From Candidatus Uhrbacteria bacterium (GTDB lineage: Bacteria; Patescibacteriota; Patescibacteriia; JACQRZ01): a DNA stretch of 49,037 nucleotides. Where the stretch lies: the NCBI GenBank assembly GCA_023246955.1, contig JAHFHK010000003.1, positions 1-49,037 on the forward strand, given 5' to 3'. Under the pieces are notes generated by a model, which saw only the letters and a list, made by a program, of their open reading frames with translations, searched no databases and was not told where the DNA came from. Below, one piece after another: positions 27,673 through 36,540 of the stretch (position 1 is the first letter of the stretch; the number at the start of each line of letters is the position of its first letter). The position numbers and the translations under genes are program-made.

Positions 27673-28581
27673 ATGCGTACACTTCCCATCATGAAACTTC
27701 GCACGATTTGGCTCAGTATTGCAGGGGCTCTCGTTGTGCTCTCAATCATCTTCCTTTCCTTATGGGGTCTTCGCCTCGGGATAGACTTCACCGGAGGGAG
27801 TATTATTGATCTCTCCTTCCCAGGAAATACTCGCCCTTCGCTGGAGGTAGTAAAGAATGCACTACAGACCGCAGGAGTGAATGACGCAGAGGTACGATTC
27901 GTAGGAGATGAAGAAGTGATTGGGCGCTTCAAAACAATAGACGAGGCTACTCATCAAAAAATTCTCGATGAAGTAAAAAAGAATGCGCCGACGGTGAGTC
28001 AAAAGTCATTTGACTCTATCGGCCCCGTGGTAGGTGCCGAACTGGGGCAGAAAGCATTCATTGCCCTTGCGCTCACGCTTCTTGCTATCTTGGCATATAT
28101 CTCTTTCGTATTCAGAAAAGTATCTCGTCCAGTGCAATCGTGGAAGTATGGTACAGTAGCAATTATCACACTCTTTCATGACCTTATTATCACCATAGGC
28201 GTCTTCTCTCTTCTCGGAAAATTCGGGGGCGTAGAGATTAATGCGTCATTCATCGCAGCATTCCTCACCGTTCTGGGGTTCTCTGTCCACGACACCATCG
28301 TTATTTTCGACCGTATTAGAGAGAATCTCTTGCGCACCCGAGATTCATTTGAAGTAACCGTAAACCGCGCAGTGAATGAATCATTTGCTCGTTCGGTTAA
28401 TACGTCAGTGACGACCCTGTTGTCACTCGTCGCCATCTTCTTCTTTGGAGGAGAGTCATTGAGGTACTTCGCACTTGCTCTCATCGTTGGTATTGCCGCA
28501 GGAACCTACTCCTCGATTTTCTTCTCTTCACCGCTCCTTATCGTTTGGCACAATTTCTCGGAGAAAAGAAAAGCAAAATAA
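27673..28581 (+). CDS. secF: Protein-export membrane protein SecF
   Basis: LGIDFTGG, the SecF TM block, and GFSVHDTIVIFDRIREN. Confidence 0.92.
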   Translation: MRTLPIMKLRTIWLSIAGALVVLSIIFLSLWGLRLGIDFTGGSIIDLSFPGNTRPSLEVVKNALQTAGVNDAEVRFVGDEEVIGRFKTIDEATHQKILDEVKKNAPTVSQKSFDSIGPVVGAELGQKAFIALALTLLAILAYISFVFRKVSRPVQSWKYGTVAIITLFHDLIITIGVFSLLGKFGGVEINASFIAAFLTVLGFSVHDTIVIFDRIRENLLRTRDSFEVTVNRAVNESFARSVNTSVTTLLSLVAIFFFGGESLRYFALALIVGIAAGTYSSIFFSSPLLIVWHNFSEKRKAK

Positions 28582-28609
28582 CCGGAGTGTCTCTCTTGTC
28601 TACTACAAA

Positions 28610-28639
28610 CCCTCTCACATCGATACGAGAGGGTTTTTT
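28610..28639 (+). terminator. Rho-independent terminator
   Basis: Stem CCCTCTC/GAGAGGG followed by TTTTTT. Confidence 0.7.
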
Positions 28640-28680
28640 GATGGCAAAAGGGCAAAAAAGATGATATACTACCTCACACT

Positions 28681-30069
28681 ATGGACTTTGCGATCGATTT
28701 GGGGCCTGCCCCCGATTTATCAAACCCCCTGAGCGTTCTTTGGTTTGTGTACACCCACGGACTATGGCTTTTTTTCGTTGCGACATTGATTCGTGGTGGA
28801 TGGATGTTCTGGGTATATACCGTGCAGAATCGATACGATGGAGCGATCACCCACATGACCCTCGCCATTAGTGTGCCAAAGACGACCGAACAGACGCCAA
28901 AGGCAGTCGAGAACTTTTTTGCGCATCTTACAGGAACGATGAGTGGATCAGGGAATTTTATCGAAAAGCACTTCAAGGGGAAGAATCAGGAGACCCTCTC
29001 GGTAGAACTCGTGAGCAGAGGGGGCAACGTACAATATTATGTGAACACTCCGTCTAAGTTCCGCAACCTAATCGAAGCATCGATATATGCACAGTACCCT
29101 GATGCAGAAATTGTCGAGGCGACCGACTATACCGACGAACTCCCTTCGCGATTTCCGAATGAACATTACGACCTATGGGGAACGGAGCTCACCCTCAAAA
29201 AAGATTCAGAATACCCCATCAAGACATATCAGGCCTTCGAGCATACACTGCAGGGCACGTTCAAGGACCCACTTGCATCACTCCTCGAGTATCTAGGAAC
29301 ATTCCTTCCAGGGGAAGAAGCGTGGGTGCAGATTATTCTCAAGCCAGTAGGGGATGATTGGAAAAAGAAGAGCGACGCAACGGCAAAGAAGATCATGGGG
29401 GTTCCCGTCAAGAAGACACACTCACCAATTCATACAATGACCGCCCCTATCATCGCGAATATAGAGGGAATACTAGCGACAGCGGTAGGGTACCAGGCAC
29501 CCGCAGTAGTGAAAGAGGTCAAAAAAGACGCACCACCCTCATTGATGCAGCATCTTTCTCCAGGTGAGAAAAACCTGATAGAGGCGATACAGAACAAAGC
29601 ATCACGCCCCGCTTTTGCCGTAAAGATCCGCCTCGTGTATATTGCACGCAAGGAGATTTTTAATAAAGGCAAGATGATCGCGGGGGTATTTGGTGCATTT
29701 CAACAACTCAGTGACGCAAATGCCTTCGGTATGGACAAGGGAACAAAAGTAGGGGCAAACTATTACCAGGTAGAAAGGCGCGCAGCAGTCAAGAAGAACA
29801 AGATTCTGAAAGCATACAGAGGCCGTTCGGGTGGACGCGGTGCGGCACCGTTCATCCTCAACGTTGAAGAACTCGCGACGATCTGGCACTTTCCGACGAT
29901 TGATATCAAGGCACCACTTCTTCGTAAAACAGAAGCAAAGCGTGCAGAGCCCCCTACGGCGCTCCCAACCCGCGAAGAGGCATTCGCTCACATTCCAGAA
30001 ACACCCTTTCCTTCTCTCGGCGGGGAGGATGAAGGATCGGAAATACCCTCTAATCTCCCTTTTGCATAG
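28681..30069 (+). CDS. Membrane-anchored hypothetical protein; partner of the downstream coupling-protein-like ATPase
   Basis: N-terminal hydrophobic hairpin (LSVLWFVYTHGLWLFFVATLIRGGWMFWVY) followed by a soluble domain of about 400 aa. Only a 3-nt gap separates it from the next gene. Confidence 0.6.
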   Translation: MDFAIDLGPAPDLSNPLSVLWFVYTHGLWLFFVATLIRGGWMFWVYTVQNRYDGAITHMTLAISVPKTTEQTPKAVENFFAHLTGTMSGSGNFIEKHFKGKNQETLSVELVSRGGNVQYYVNTPSKFRNLIEASIYAQYPDAEIVEATDYTDELPSRFPNEHYDLWGTELTLKKDSEYPIKTYQAFEHTLQGTFKDPLASLLEYLGTFLPGEEAWVQIILKPVGDDWKKKSDATAKKIMGVPVKKTHSPIHTMTAPIIANIEGILATAVGYQAPAVVKEVKKDAPPSLMQHLSPGEKNLIEAIQNKASRPAFAVKIRLVYIARKEIFNKGKMIAGVFGAFQQLSDANAFGMDKGTKVGANYYQVERRAAVKKNKILKAYRGRSGGRGAAPFILNVEELATIWHFPTIDIKAPLLRKTEAKRAEPPTALPTREEAFAHIPETPFPSLGGEDEGSEIPSNLPFA

Positions 30070-30072
30070 GAT

Positions 30073-32046
30073 ATGTACGATAATAATCCTGACATTACCG
30101 TATTCGCAGAAACGAACTACCGCACGATGCGGCGACGTTTTGGTATCAAGCGAGATGATCGCCGCCGCCACATGTATGTAGTGGGAAAGACCGGTATGGG
30201 GAAGTCGACACTGCTCGAAAACATGATCATCGATGATATCCGTGAAGGACATGGCGTAGGGGTAGTAGATCCTCACGGAGACTTGGCGGAAAAGATTCTT
30301 AAGTTCATTCCGCCAGAACGTATCAACGACATTGTGTATGTGAACCCCGCCGATTTTGAATATCCGGTAGCCTTTAATATTCTCGAGAACGCCAACCCAC
30401 AATACAAGCACCTCATCGCGTCAGGGCTGATGGGAGTTTTCAAAAAGATCTGGCCAGACGTATGGAGCGCACGTATGGAATATATCCTCAACAATACGCT
30501 TCTTGCACTCCTCGACTATCCAGGGACGACGATGCTTGCGGTGAACCGTATGCTTTCAGACAAGGCATTTCGCACCAAGGTCGTTGAGCGCGTCCAGGAC
30601 CCAGTCGTAAAATCGTTTTGGGTGGATGAATTCGCCAAATATAATGACAAGTTTGCCTCAGAAGCAATCGCCCCTATCCAAAACAAAGTCGGGCAATTCC
30701 TTTCCGCATCCGTGATTCGTAATATCATCGGACAAGTGAAGTCCACGATCAATATTCGTGAATGCATGGACACAGGGAAGATCATCATCATGAATCTTTC
30801 AAAAGGGCGCGTGGGAGAGGATAACGCACGTCTACTCGGCGGTATGTTGATCACAAAGATCCAGCTCTCAGCGATGGAGCGCGTGGACATGCCGGAATCA
30901 GAACGTCGTGATTTCTACCTCTATGTCGACGAGTTTCAAAATTTTGCAACAGAAAGTTTTGCAACAATTCTTTCTGAAGCCCGTAAATATCGTCTATCGC
31001 TCGTGGTAGCGCACCAGTACATAGAACAGCTCGATGAAAAAGTAGCCGCAGCTATCTTCGGAAACGTAGGCACTATGGTGGTATACCGCGTGGGAGCAGC
31101 CGATGCAGACTATCTCGTCAAAGAATTCACGCCACGATTCATCGAAGAGGACCTTGTTAATATTCCAAAATTTAGCTTCTACCTAAAACTAATGATCGAC
31201 GGCGTAGCATCAGAGCCATTTTCCGCCAAGTGTCTCCCTCCGCTCAGCCCAGAAGAAGATACACATAACGAAGAAAAGGTCATTCGCTCCAGCCGTGAAC
31301 GCTATGCAATGCCACGCCTTGAAGTAGAAGAAAAGATCGCACGATGGTCATCGTCTTTGGACGAATCCGCAAAGGAAGCAGCGGATAGCGCTCCATCAAA
31401 AAAGAAAGCAGTTAACCAAGAGATGCCATCTCCCGATCGCCCCTACGAAGCCAAATGTGTGCGATGCGGAAAAACAATTTATTTGAACTTTCAACCCGAC
31501 GGCGTACGCCCAGTGTATGACAGCGACTGTTTTAAGATAGTAAAAGATGAGCGAGAGGCAAAGTTGGCAGGAGGCACAATGCCTGCCTCTCCGGCACCCA
31601 CTCCCGTCTCAACGCCCCCTCCCTTTGTGGCAGTAACGCCCCCCCCTCCCGTGGCACCTGCACCGATACCCATCCCTGCTGTACCCCCCGCAACACCGCC
31701 TCGTGTATCACCGAACCCTGCTGCTGCTTCGCAACCGAGACCATCAGAACGTCCACATTCGGCAATACCATCACCAAGACCGCCGTATATACCACGTGAA
31801 AGGCCCGTATCCCCATCACGCGATACTCGCCCCTCGCAAGAAAGACGAAGCACAGGAACTCCGCAGCGCCCCACCTCCCCAGCCACTCACAGCCGTCCTC
31901 TGCGCCCTCCCGTATCGGCTGCTCCACACCCCGTAGAAACAAAGCCGACGATTCCCGCGCAGACGTTCTCCCTGAAAGATCTCGCAGACAAGAAGCCGAC
32001 CCGATTCCGCGAAAAGGAAAGCGGTGGTGACGGCCCGAAACCATAG
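30073..32046 (+). CDS. P-loop NTPase of the TraD/VirD4/TrwB (type IV coupling protein)-like or HerA-like class, with a C-terminal zinc-ribbon-like motif and a proline-rich tail
   Basis: Walker A VVGKTGMGKST, Walker B FYLYVDEFQNF, SLVVAHQYIEQL, CVRCGK...RPVYDSDC, and about 160 aa of P/S/T/A-rich sequence. Confidence 0.7.
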   Translation: MYDNNPDITVFAETNYRTMRRRFGIKRDDRRRHMYVVGKTGMGKSTLLENMIIDDIREGHGVGVVDPHGDLAEKILKFIPPERINDIVYVNPADFEYPVAFNILENANPQYKHLIASGLMGVFKKIWPDVWSARMEYILNNTLLALLDYPGTTMLAVNRMLSDKAFRTKVVERVQDPVVKSFWVDEFAKYNDKFASEAIAPIQNKVGQFLSASVIRNIIGQVKSTINIRECMDTGKIIIMNLSKGRVGEDNARLLGGMLITKIQLSAMERVDMPESERRDFYLYVDEFQNFATESFATILSEARKYRLSLVVAHQYIEQLDEKVAAAIFGNVGTMVVYRVGAADADYLVKEFTPRFIEEDLVNIPKFSFYLKLMIDGVASEPFSAKCLPPLSPEEDTHNEEKVIRSSRERYAMPRLEVEEKIARWSSSLDESAKEAADSAPSKKKAVNQEMPSPDRPYEAKCVRCGKTIYLNFQPDGVRPVYDSDCFKIVKDEREAKLAGGTMPASPAPTPVSTPPPFVAVTPPPPVAPAPIPIPAVPPATPPRVSPNPAAASQPRPSERPHSAIPSPRPPYIPRERPVSPSRDTRPSQERRSTGTPQRPTSPATHSRPLRPPVSAAPHPVETKPTIPAQTFSLKDLADKKPTRFREKESGGDGPKP

Positions 32047-32070
32047 GCTCCTCATTCCCTACCCGCAAGA

Positions 32071-32226
32071 GACCTCTGAAAAAGTGATGTATTTTCATTG
32101 AATGGGCTGTTGAGCTCCAGGAAACGTATACAAATGTATGTTTCCGCCAGTAGGCGGATCCGCCATCTGGCGGAGAGTGGAGTCAACGGGTGCCCATGAA
32201 ATGAAAAGACGCGATTTTACAGAGGT
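32071..32226. repeat. Structured palindromic element, copy A (candidate ncRNA or MITE-like repeat)
   Basis: Terminal inverted ends GACCTCTGAAAA / TTTTACAGAGGT with nested stems. Homologous to 45565-45687, with compensatory stem substitutions. Confidence 0.6.
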
Positions 32227-32245
32227 TTCAAACAGAATAACCCCC

Positions 32246-33823
32246 ATGGAAAACATACTCTCAAAACCACTCAAAGCCTTTCTCGAACAGCGAGTATCAC
32301 ACGCGGTGGTCGAAGATGCCGACGAGGCAAAAATTACGATCAACGAAGCGGTCGGCGCCATCGCGTTTTATTATGAAAAAATTCGGAGCGTCGTTGAGTA
32401 TCAAGATGAGCACTTGGTCCGTCAAAATGCAATCCGACGCATCCTCGGCCGGCGCACGCTTCTGTCGCAGACAACCGAGAAGATGGCGGAAAAAATCTTG
32501 CGTGAGCTCGTACGCTCGCGATACTTTGCGAACAATACATTGCCGGCGCGCAACATCCACACTATCGCCCGTATCATCGAGCGCTATCTCGGCATCATAG
32601 AAATACTCCAAAAACAGAGACAGTGTTCCGATCACGACGAAGAGTGGCTCCTCGCAATGGCCTCGTGCGCAATCGACGAGGCACTCGTACCTATGGATGA
32701 CGAAGAGGCGCTCGTGAAGCTCATGTACGATATGGTCGCATCGAACGTAGAATTAGGGCGTTTTGCAACCGATAATAAGACGAAGGCAATTCAAATATAT
32801 CTTGGCGTCTACCGAGTCCTTCTCAAACCCGACACCCATCGTCTGCGCTACTTTGTCCTGAAACATTCATTCCCTGCGTGGACCCATCTCGAAGAAGATA
32901 ATCTTGCCGCACTTGCACATAGCTACAAAGATGTACGATCCGTCATAGAGCTCACGATCAATCACCCTCTCGGAAAGAAGCTCTTTCCACTCCTTCGCCG
33001 TTTCCGCATTCCCTTTGCCGTGCTCCACACGATTATCCTGAACCAACCTCCGGAAATTTTTCAAAACCCAGAACAGCTTGACGCAGAAGTACGTAAACTG
33101 TGCGAAGGATTCTACGCATCACAAAAAAGGCGCCTCAAAACACGCAGTGTCCGCGCCTTCATCTATGTATTTTGTACCAAAATGGTGCTCGGTATGGGGC
33201 TAGAGATTCCTTACGACTTGCTCGTGATGCACCACATCCGTTTTCTCCCGCTGAGCATCAACGTTCTCTTTCCCCCTGTTCTCCTGGCAGTGATAGCGCT
33301 GTCAACACGCTTTCCCGGCAAAGACAATACCGATCGTATATCGCAGGCGGTAAAGGAAATCGTATATGCAGATCAGGAGCGCACAGTATTTGTCCCTCGC
33401 AACTATTTTGCCGCCAAAACAAACGTAGCGCTATACGTCCTATTCACCCTTCTCTACGTGGTGATGTTTGGACTTTCTTTCACGTTGCTTGCATGGTTCT
33501 TGCGCGCATTTGAATTCAACGCAATGAGTGGCGTCGTATTCGTACTCTTCTTCTGTCTCATCACGTTCTTTGGAATCACGCTCCGTCGCTCGGTCAAGGA
33601 TCTCATTATGACCACCGCAAAGCCGAGCCTTTTTGGAGTATTCCTCGACCCGCTCCTTCTTCCCATAGTCCAGGTAGGTCGCTGGCTTTCATCGAATGTC
33701 TCCAAGGTCAATGTCTTCGTCTTCGTCCTGGACGTCCTTATCGAGCTTCCACTCCAGGCACTCATCGAAATAACCGAAGATTGGTTCCAGTTTATCCGCG
33801 ACAAGAAGGAAGAGATCGATTAG
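32246..33823 (+). CDS. Hypothetical polytopic membrane protein
   Basis: Long ORF with a soluble N-terminal half and several C-terminal TM helices. The start is moved to ATG 32246 because the 5' extension in the track covers the repeat element. Confidence 0.6.
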   Translation: MENILSKPLKAFLEQRVSHAVVEDADEAKITINEAVGAIAFYYEKIRSVVEYQDEHLVRQNAIRRILGRRTLLSQTTEKMAEKILRELVRSRYFANNTLPARNIHTIARIIERYLGIIEILQKQRQCSDHDEEWLLAMASCAIDEALVPMDDEEALVKLMYDMVASNVELGRFATDNKTKAIQIYLGVYRVLLKPDTHRLRYFVLKHSFPAWTHLEEDNLAALAHSYKDVRSVIELTINHPLGKKLFPLLRRFRIPFAVLHTIILNQPPEIFQNPEQLDAEVRKLCEGFYASQKRRLKTRSVRAFIYVFCTKMVLGMGLEIPYDLLVMHHIRFLPLSINVLFPPVLLAVIALSTRFPGKDNTDRISQAVKEIVYADQERTVFVPRNYFAAKTNVALYVLFTLLYVVMFGLSFTLLAWFLRAFEFNAMSGVVFVLFFCLITFFGITLRRSVKDLIMTTAKPSLFGVFLDPLLLPIVQVGRWLSSNVSKVNVFVFVLDVLIELPLQALIEITEDWFQFIRDKKEEID

Positions 33824-33825
33824 AC

Positions 33826-33853
33826 TTGACAATATTTCCTCTTGTGCTATTTT
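33826..33853 (+). promoter_or_regulatory. Sigma-70-type promoter (TTGACA-N16-TATTTT with TGTGC)
   Basis: Lies directly after the stop of the upstream gene, 100 nt before ATG 33953. Confidence 0.45.
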
Positions 33854-33952
33854 CTAGGAGTTACCTTGAAAATTCATAGGAAAGTCTGAAAGGAGCTTTC
33901 GGGAATAAAGGTCCCTATCGAGAAGCAATATTCAGGAGAATACAGAGAAAAT

Positions 33953-34780
33953 ATGAGTAATAGCATGAAAGTACACCTGGTCATTATTGACCCACAAAAC
34001 GACTTCATGGACAGCCCTGGATCGGCGTTGCCGGTCTCTGGTGCCAATGAAGACATGCGCCGTTTGGCAGCCATGATCGAGCGCGTTGGCCATAAATTGG
34101 ACGATATCCACGTGACCCTCGACTCGCACCGCGTCATCGACGTGGGGCATCCAGGCATGTGGCGTGATCAAGACGGTAATCTTCCCGGTCCATTCACGAT
34201 CATATCGGCTGACGATATCAAGAACGGTATCTGGACGCCGAGAAACCCGAACTTTCGAGCAAGGATGCTAGAATATGCACGTGCTCTTGAAGTCCAAGGC
34301 AACTATCCATTGATGGTGTGGCCTGAGCATTGTCTCATCGGAACTCCCGGTCACAATGTGCAAGCAGACCTCATGGCAGTGTTGCAACGATGGGAGCGTA
34401 CTGAGTACGCGAATGTCGACTTTGTGACAAAGGGAACAAATACGTTTACCGAGCACTACGGTGCGTTGCAGGCAGAAGTGGTAGATGCCACAGATCCTTC
34501 AACGAGTCTCAACACGGCATTTCTCGACGTTTTAGCGAATGCAGATATTGTGGCAGTTGCAGGAGAGGCATTGAGCCATTGCGTAAAATCTACAGTGACC
34601 CAGATCGCTCAACATATCGGTCCGGATCAACTAAAAAAGTTTTACGTCCTGACCGATTGTACGAGTTCCGTTTCCCAAGTCGGAAATGGTCCTGACTTTC
34701 CCGCAATTGGACAAGCGTTTCTAAAAGAGATGGAAGCAAAAGGCATGACGCTGACCACCTCTATTGAATTTCTGAGCTAG
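33953..34780 (+). CDS. Isochorismatase/nicotinamidase-family cysteine hydrolase
   Basis: LVIIDPQNDF (catalytic Asp), FVTKGTN (Lys) and VAGEALSHCV (Cys) match the D-K-C triad pattern of this family. Confidence 0.7.
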   Translation: MSNSMKVHLVIIDPQNDFMDSPGSALPVSGANEDMRRLAAMIERVGHKLDDIHVTLDSHRVIDVGHPGMWRDQDGNLPGPFTIISADDIKNGIWTPRNPNFRARMLEYARALEVQGNYPLMVWPEHCLIGTPGHNVQADLMAVLQRWERTEYANVDFVTKGTNTFTEHYGALQAEVVDATDPSTSLNTAFLDVLANADIVAVAGEALSHCVKSTVTQIAQHIGPDQLKKFYVLTDCTSSVSQVGNGPDFPAIGQAFLKEMEAKGMTLTTSIEFLS

Positions 34781-34794
34781 GGAGGAAAATAAGA

Positions 34795-35541
34795 ATGCCA
34801 AGACTCGGAACCCAATCAGACATGCAAACCCACGCCTTGGGGGGAAATTTTAATTTCCAAGGAGCCAGGATCGATAACCTGGGTGCTACAGAATATACGC
34901 TCGTCACTATTGCGGTGGATACAACCGGATCGGTGAGCGGCTTCGCAAGTGAGCTAGACATGATGCTGGCAACTGCCGTTGAAGCTTGCAAAAAGTCTCC
35001 TCGGTCGGACAATCTACTGGTGCGAGTGATCTTCTTCTCGAGTATGAGAGGAGTTGATGAGATACACGGCTTCAAGCCACTTGCGGAAATTGATCCGCAG
35101 GCGTATCCAAAAATCAATCCCGGAGGCGCAACGCCGCTCTACGATGCGTGCTTTTCGGGCATTGCCGCCATGAATCTCTATGGCAAACAATTGACCGATC
35201 AAGATTTTGGCGTTAATGCCATATTTATAGCGGTCACTGACGGCGCGAACAATGATTCGAAGACTTCTGTGTCAATGGTGGCACAAGAGATCAAAAAGGC
35301 AGTCAGTGGAGAACTGGTTGAGTCGTTGGTATCGCTATTAATAGGGATCAATGCAAGTGGATGTGCTTCTGAACTACAGAGTTTCAAGAATGACGCAGGA
35401 CTTGACAGTTACATTGATGCCGGTGACGTGACGAAAGGAAAGCTGGCTAAGATTGCAGGATTTATTTCCCAGTCAATATCGAGCCAAAGCCAGGCATTGG
35501 GGACAGGCGGACCAAGCCAGCACATTTCTGCGACCATCTAA
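34795..35541 (+). CDS. von Willebrand factor A (TerY-like) domain protein
   Basis: MIDAS-like IAVDTTGSVSG (DxTxS) and IFIAVTDGANND. GGAGG RBS. Cytoplasmic, with no signal peptide. Confidence 0.75.
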   Translation: MPRLGTQSDMQTHALGGNFNFQGARIDNLGATEYTLVTIAVDTTGSVSGFASELDMMLATAVEACKKSPRSDNLLVRVIFFSSMRGVDEIHGFKPLAEIDPQAYPKINPGGATPLYDACFSGIAAMNLYGKQLTDQDFGVNAIFIAVTDGANNDSKTSVSMVAQEIKKAVSGELVESLVSLLIGINASGCASELQSFKNDAGLDSYIDAGDVTKGKLAKIAGFISQSISSQSQALGTGGPSQHISATI

Positions 35542-35566
35542 AATAGAGGGTCGTATCTGACATAAT

Positions 35567-35599
35567 GGCGATGGGGAACATTCTCCATCGCTTTTTTTC
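35567..35599 (+). terminator. Rho-independent terminator or attenuator between the vWA and PP2C genes
   Basis: Stem GCGATGGGGA/TCTCCATCGC followed by TTTTTTT. Confidence 0.6.
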
Positions 35600-35631
35600 T
35601 TCAAGAATAAAGAAAGGAAAAGGACTAAAAA

Positions 35632-36540
35632 ATGGACGAAATCAATAGAGGGGAACTTTCCGCGGACCATTATTTTCATATTGGTCAGGCACACCTCGTA
35701 AGCGGAAAACCGTGTCAGGATTATGCTATCTCTGGCCTCCATATGGGAGCCGCATACGCAGTCATTGCTGATGGGTGCTCTACGGGAGGAAATACCGATG
35801 TGGGCGCACGTATCATAGCACTGTCTACTGCCCAAGCGATACGGGAGCATCATATACTTATGCTTGCAAGTCAGGGAGGGGTGACAATGGGTGCTCAAGA
35901 AATAAACGAACGACAAAAAGGAGTACTCAGTGTCACACGAAAACTCCTCGGCCTTGAGCAGAGTGATATGCTGGCAACATGTCTCTATGTGTATATGACT
36001 CCTCGCGGGGGGGTTATCAATATACGAGGGGATGGAGTTGTTGCGCTGAAGTATCGAACGGGAGATATAAAAGTATTCCGTATGGAGTGGGGGAACAATA
36101 TGCCATTCTATCCGGCATACGAGGAATCACAGCTGAGCAGCTTTATAGCAGCCCATGGCGCAAATAACGAACCATCACTACGGTTGGAATGTAATATATA
36201 TAACCCAGATGGGACACTAAGAAAGGGGTATTGCCGAGAGCTATCTCTTGATTCGGGCATCGCAGGAAATACATTGAGTATTCCAGAAAAAGAGATGGAT
36301 CAGTTAGAGTTTGTCGCAGTATTTTCTGATGGGGTGACACAAATCGATGCCGTGGAATGGAGCAAAGCGGTGCAGTCATTCATGCGGTTTAAGAACACTA
36401 CTGGTGAGTTTGCAAAGCGACGAATGATTCGTGGCATTAAAGACTTTCAGAAGATGGGTAAAGGTCCCATTGATGATATAGCCTATGCGGTGGTGTACAA
36501 TAATCAGATACAGTTACGGGAGGATACAACATATGGCTAA
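35632..36540 (+). CDS. PP2C-family (PP2C_2-like) serine/threonine phosphatase
   Basis: GKPCQDY, AVIADGCSTGGNTDVGARI and AVFSDGVTQ metal-binding aspartate motifs. Confidence 0.7.
   Translation: MDEINRGELSADHYFHIGQAHLVSGKPCQDYAISGLHMGAAYAVIADGCSTGGNTDVGARIIALSTAQAIREHHILMLASQGGVTMGAQEINERQKGVLSVTRKLLGLEQSDMLATCLYVYMTPRGGVINIRGDGVVALKYRTGDIKVFRMEWGNNMPFYPAYEESQLSSFIAAHGANNEPSLRLECNIYNPDGTLRKGYCRELSLDSGIAGNTLSIPEKEMDQLEFVAVFSDGVTQIDAVEWSKAVQSFMRFKNTTGEFAKRRMIRGIKDFQKMGKGPIDDIAYAVVYNNQIQLREDTTYG

Noticed and set aside
27161-27932. Long antisense ORFs opposite well-supported genes (for example 3621..4181, 12147..12602, 13016..13627, 23326..23859, 27161..27932, 29602..30411, 31491..32098, 40377..40907)
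   Set aside because: Each lies fully within a plus- or minus-strand gene that has strong family motifs. Their products are low-complexity or Arg/Ser/Cys-rich, as is typical of shadow frames at about 50% GC.
31560-32040. Proline-rich GC-skewed stretch considered as a separate gene or a non-coding repeat
   Set aside because: It is in frame with the upstream ATPase with no intervening stop, and it lacks exact nucleotide repeats. Interpreted as a disordered C-terminal tail of the same protein.
32138-32245. 5' extension of the membrane-protein ORF; its peptide (GAHEMKRRDFTEV) resembles the product of ORF 45637..45846 (GAREMKRRDFAGV)
   Set aside because: The similarity is at the nucleotide level and coincides exactly with the structured palindromic element. 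The similar regions are followed by unrelated sequence. It is therefore treated as a non-coding repeat, with the CDS starting at 32246.
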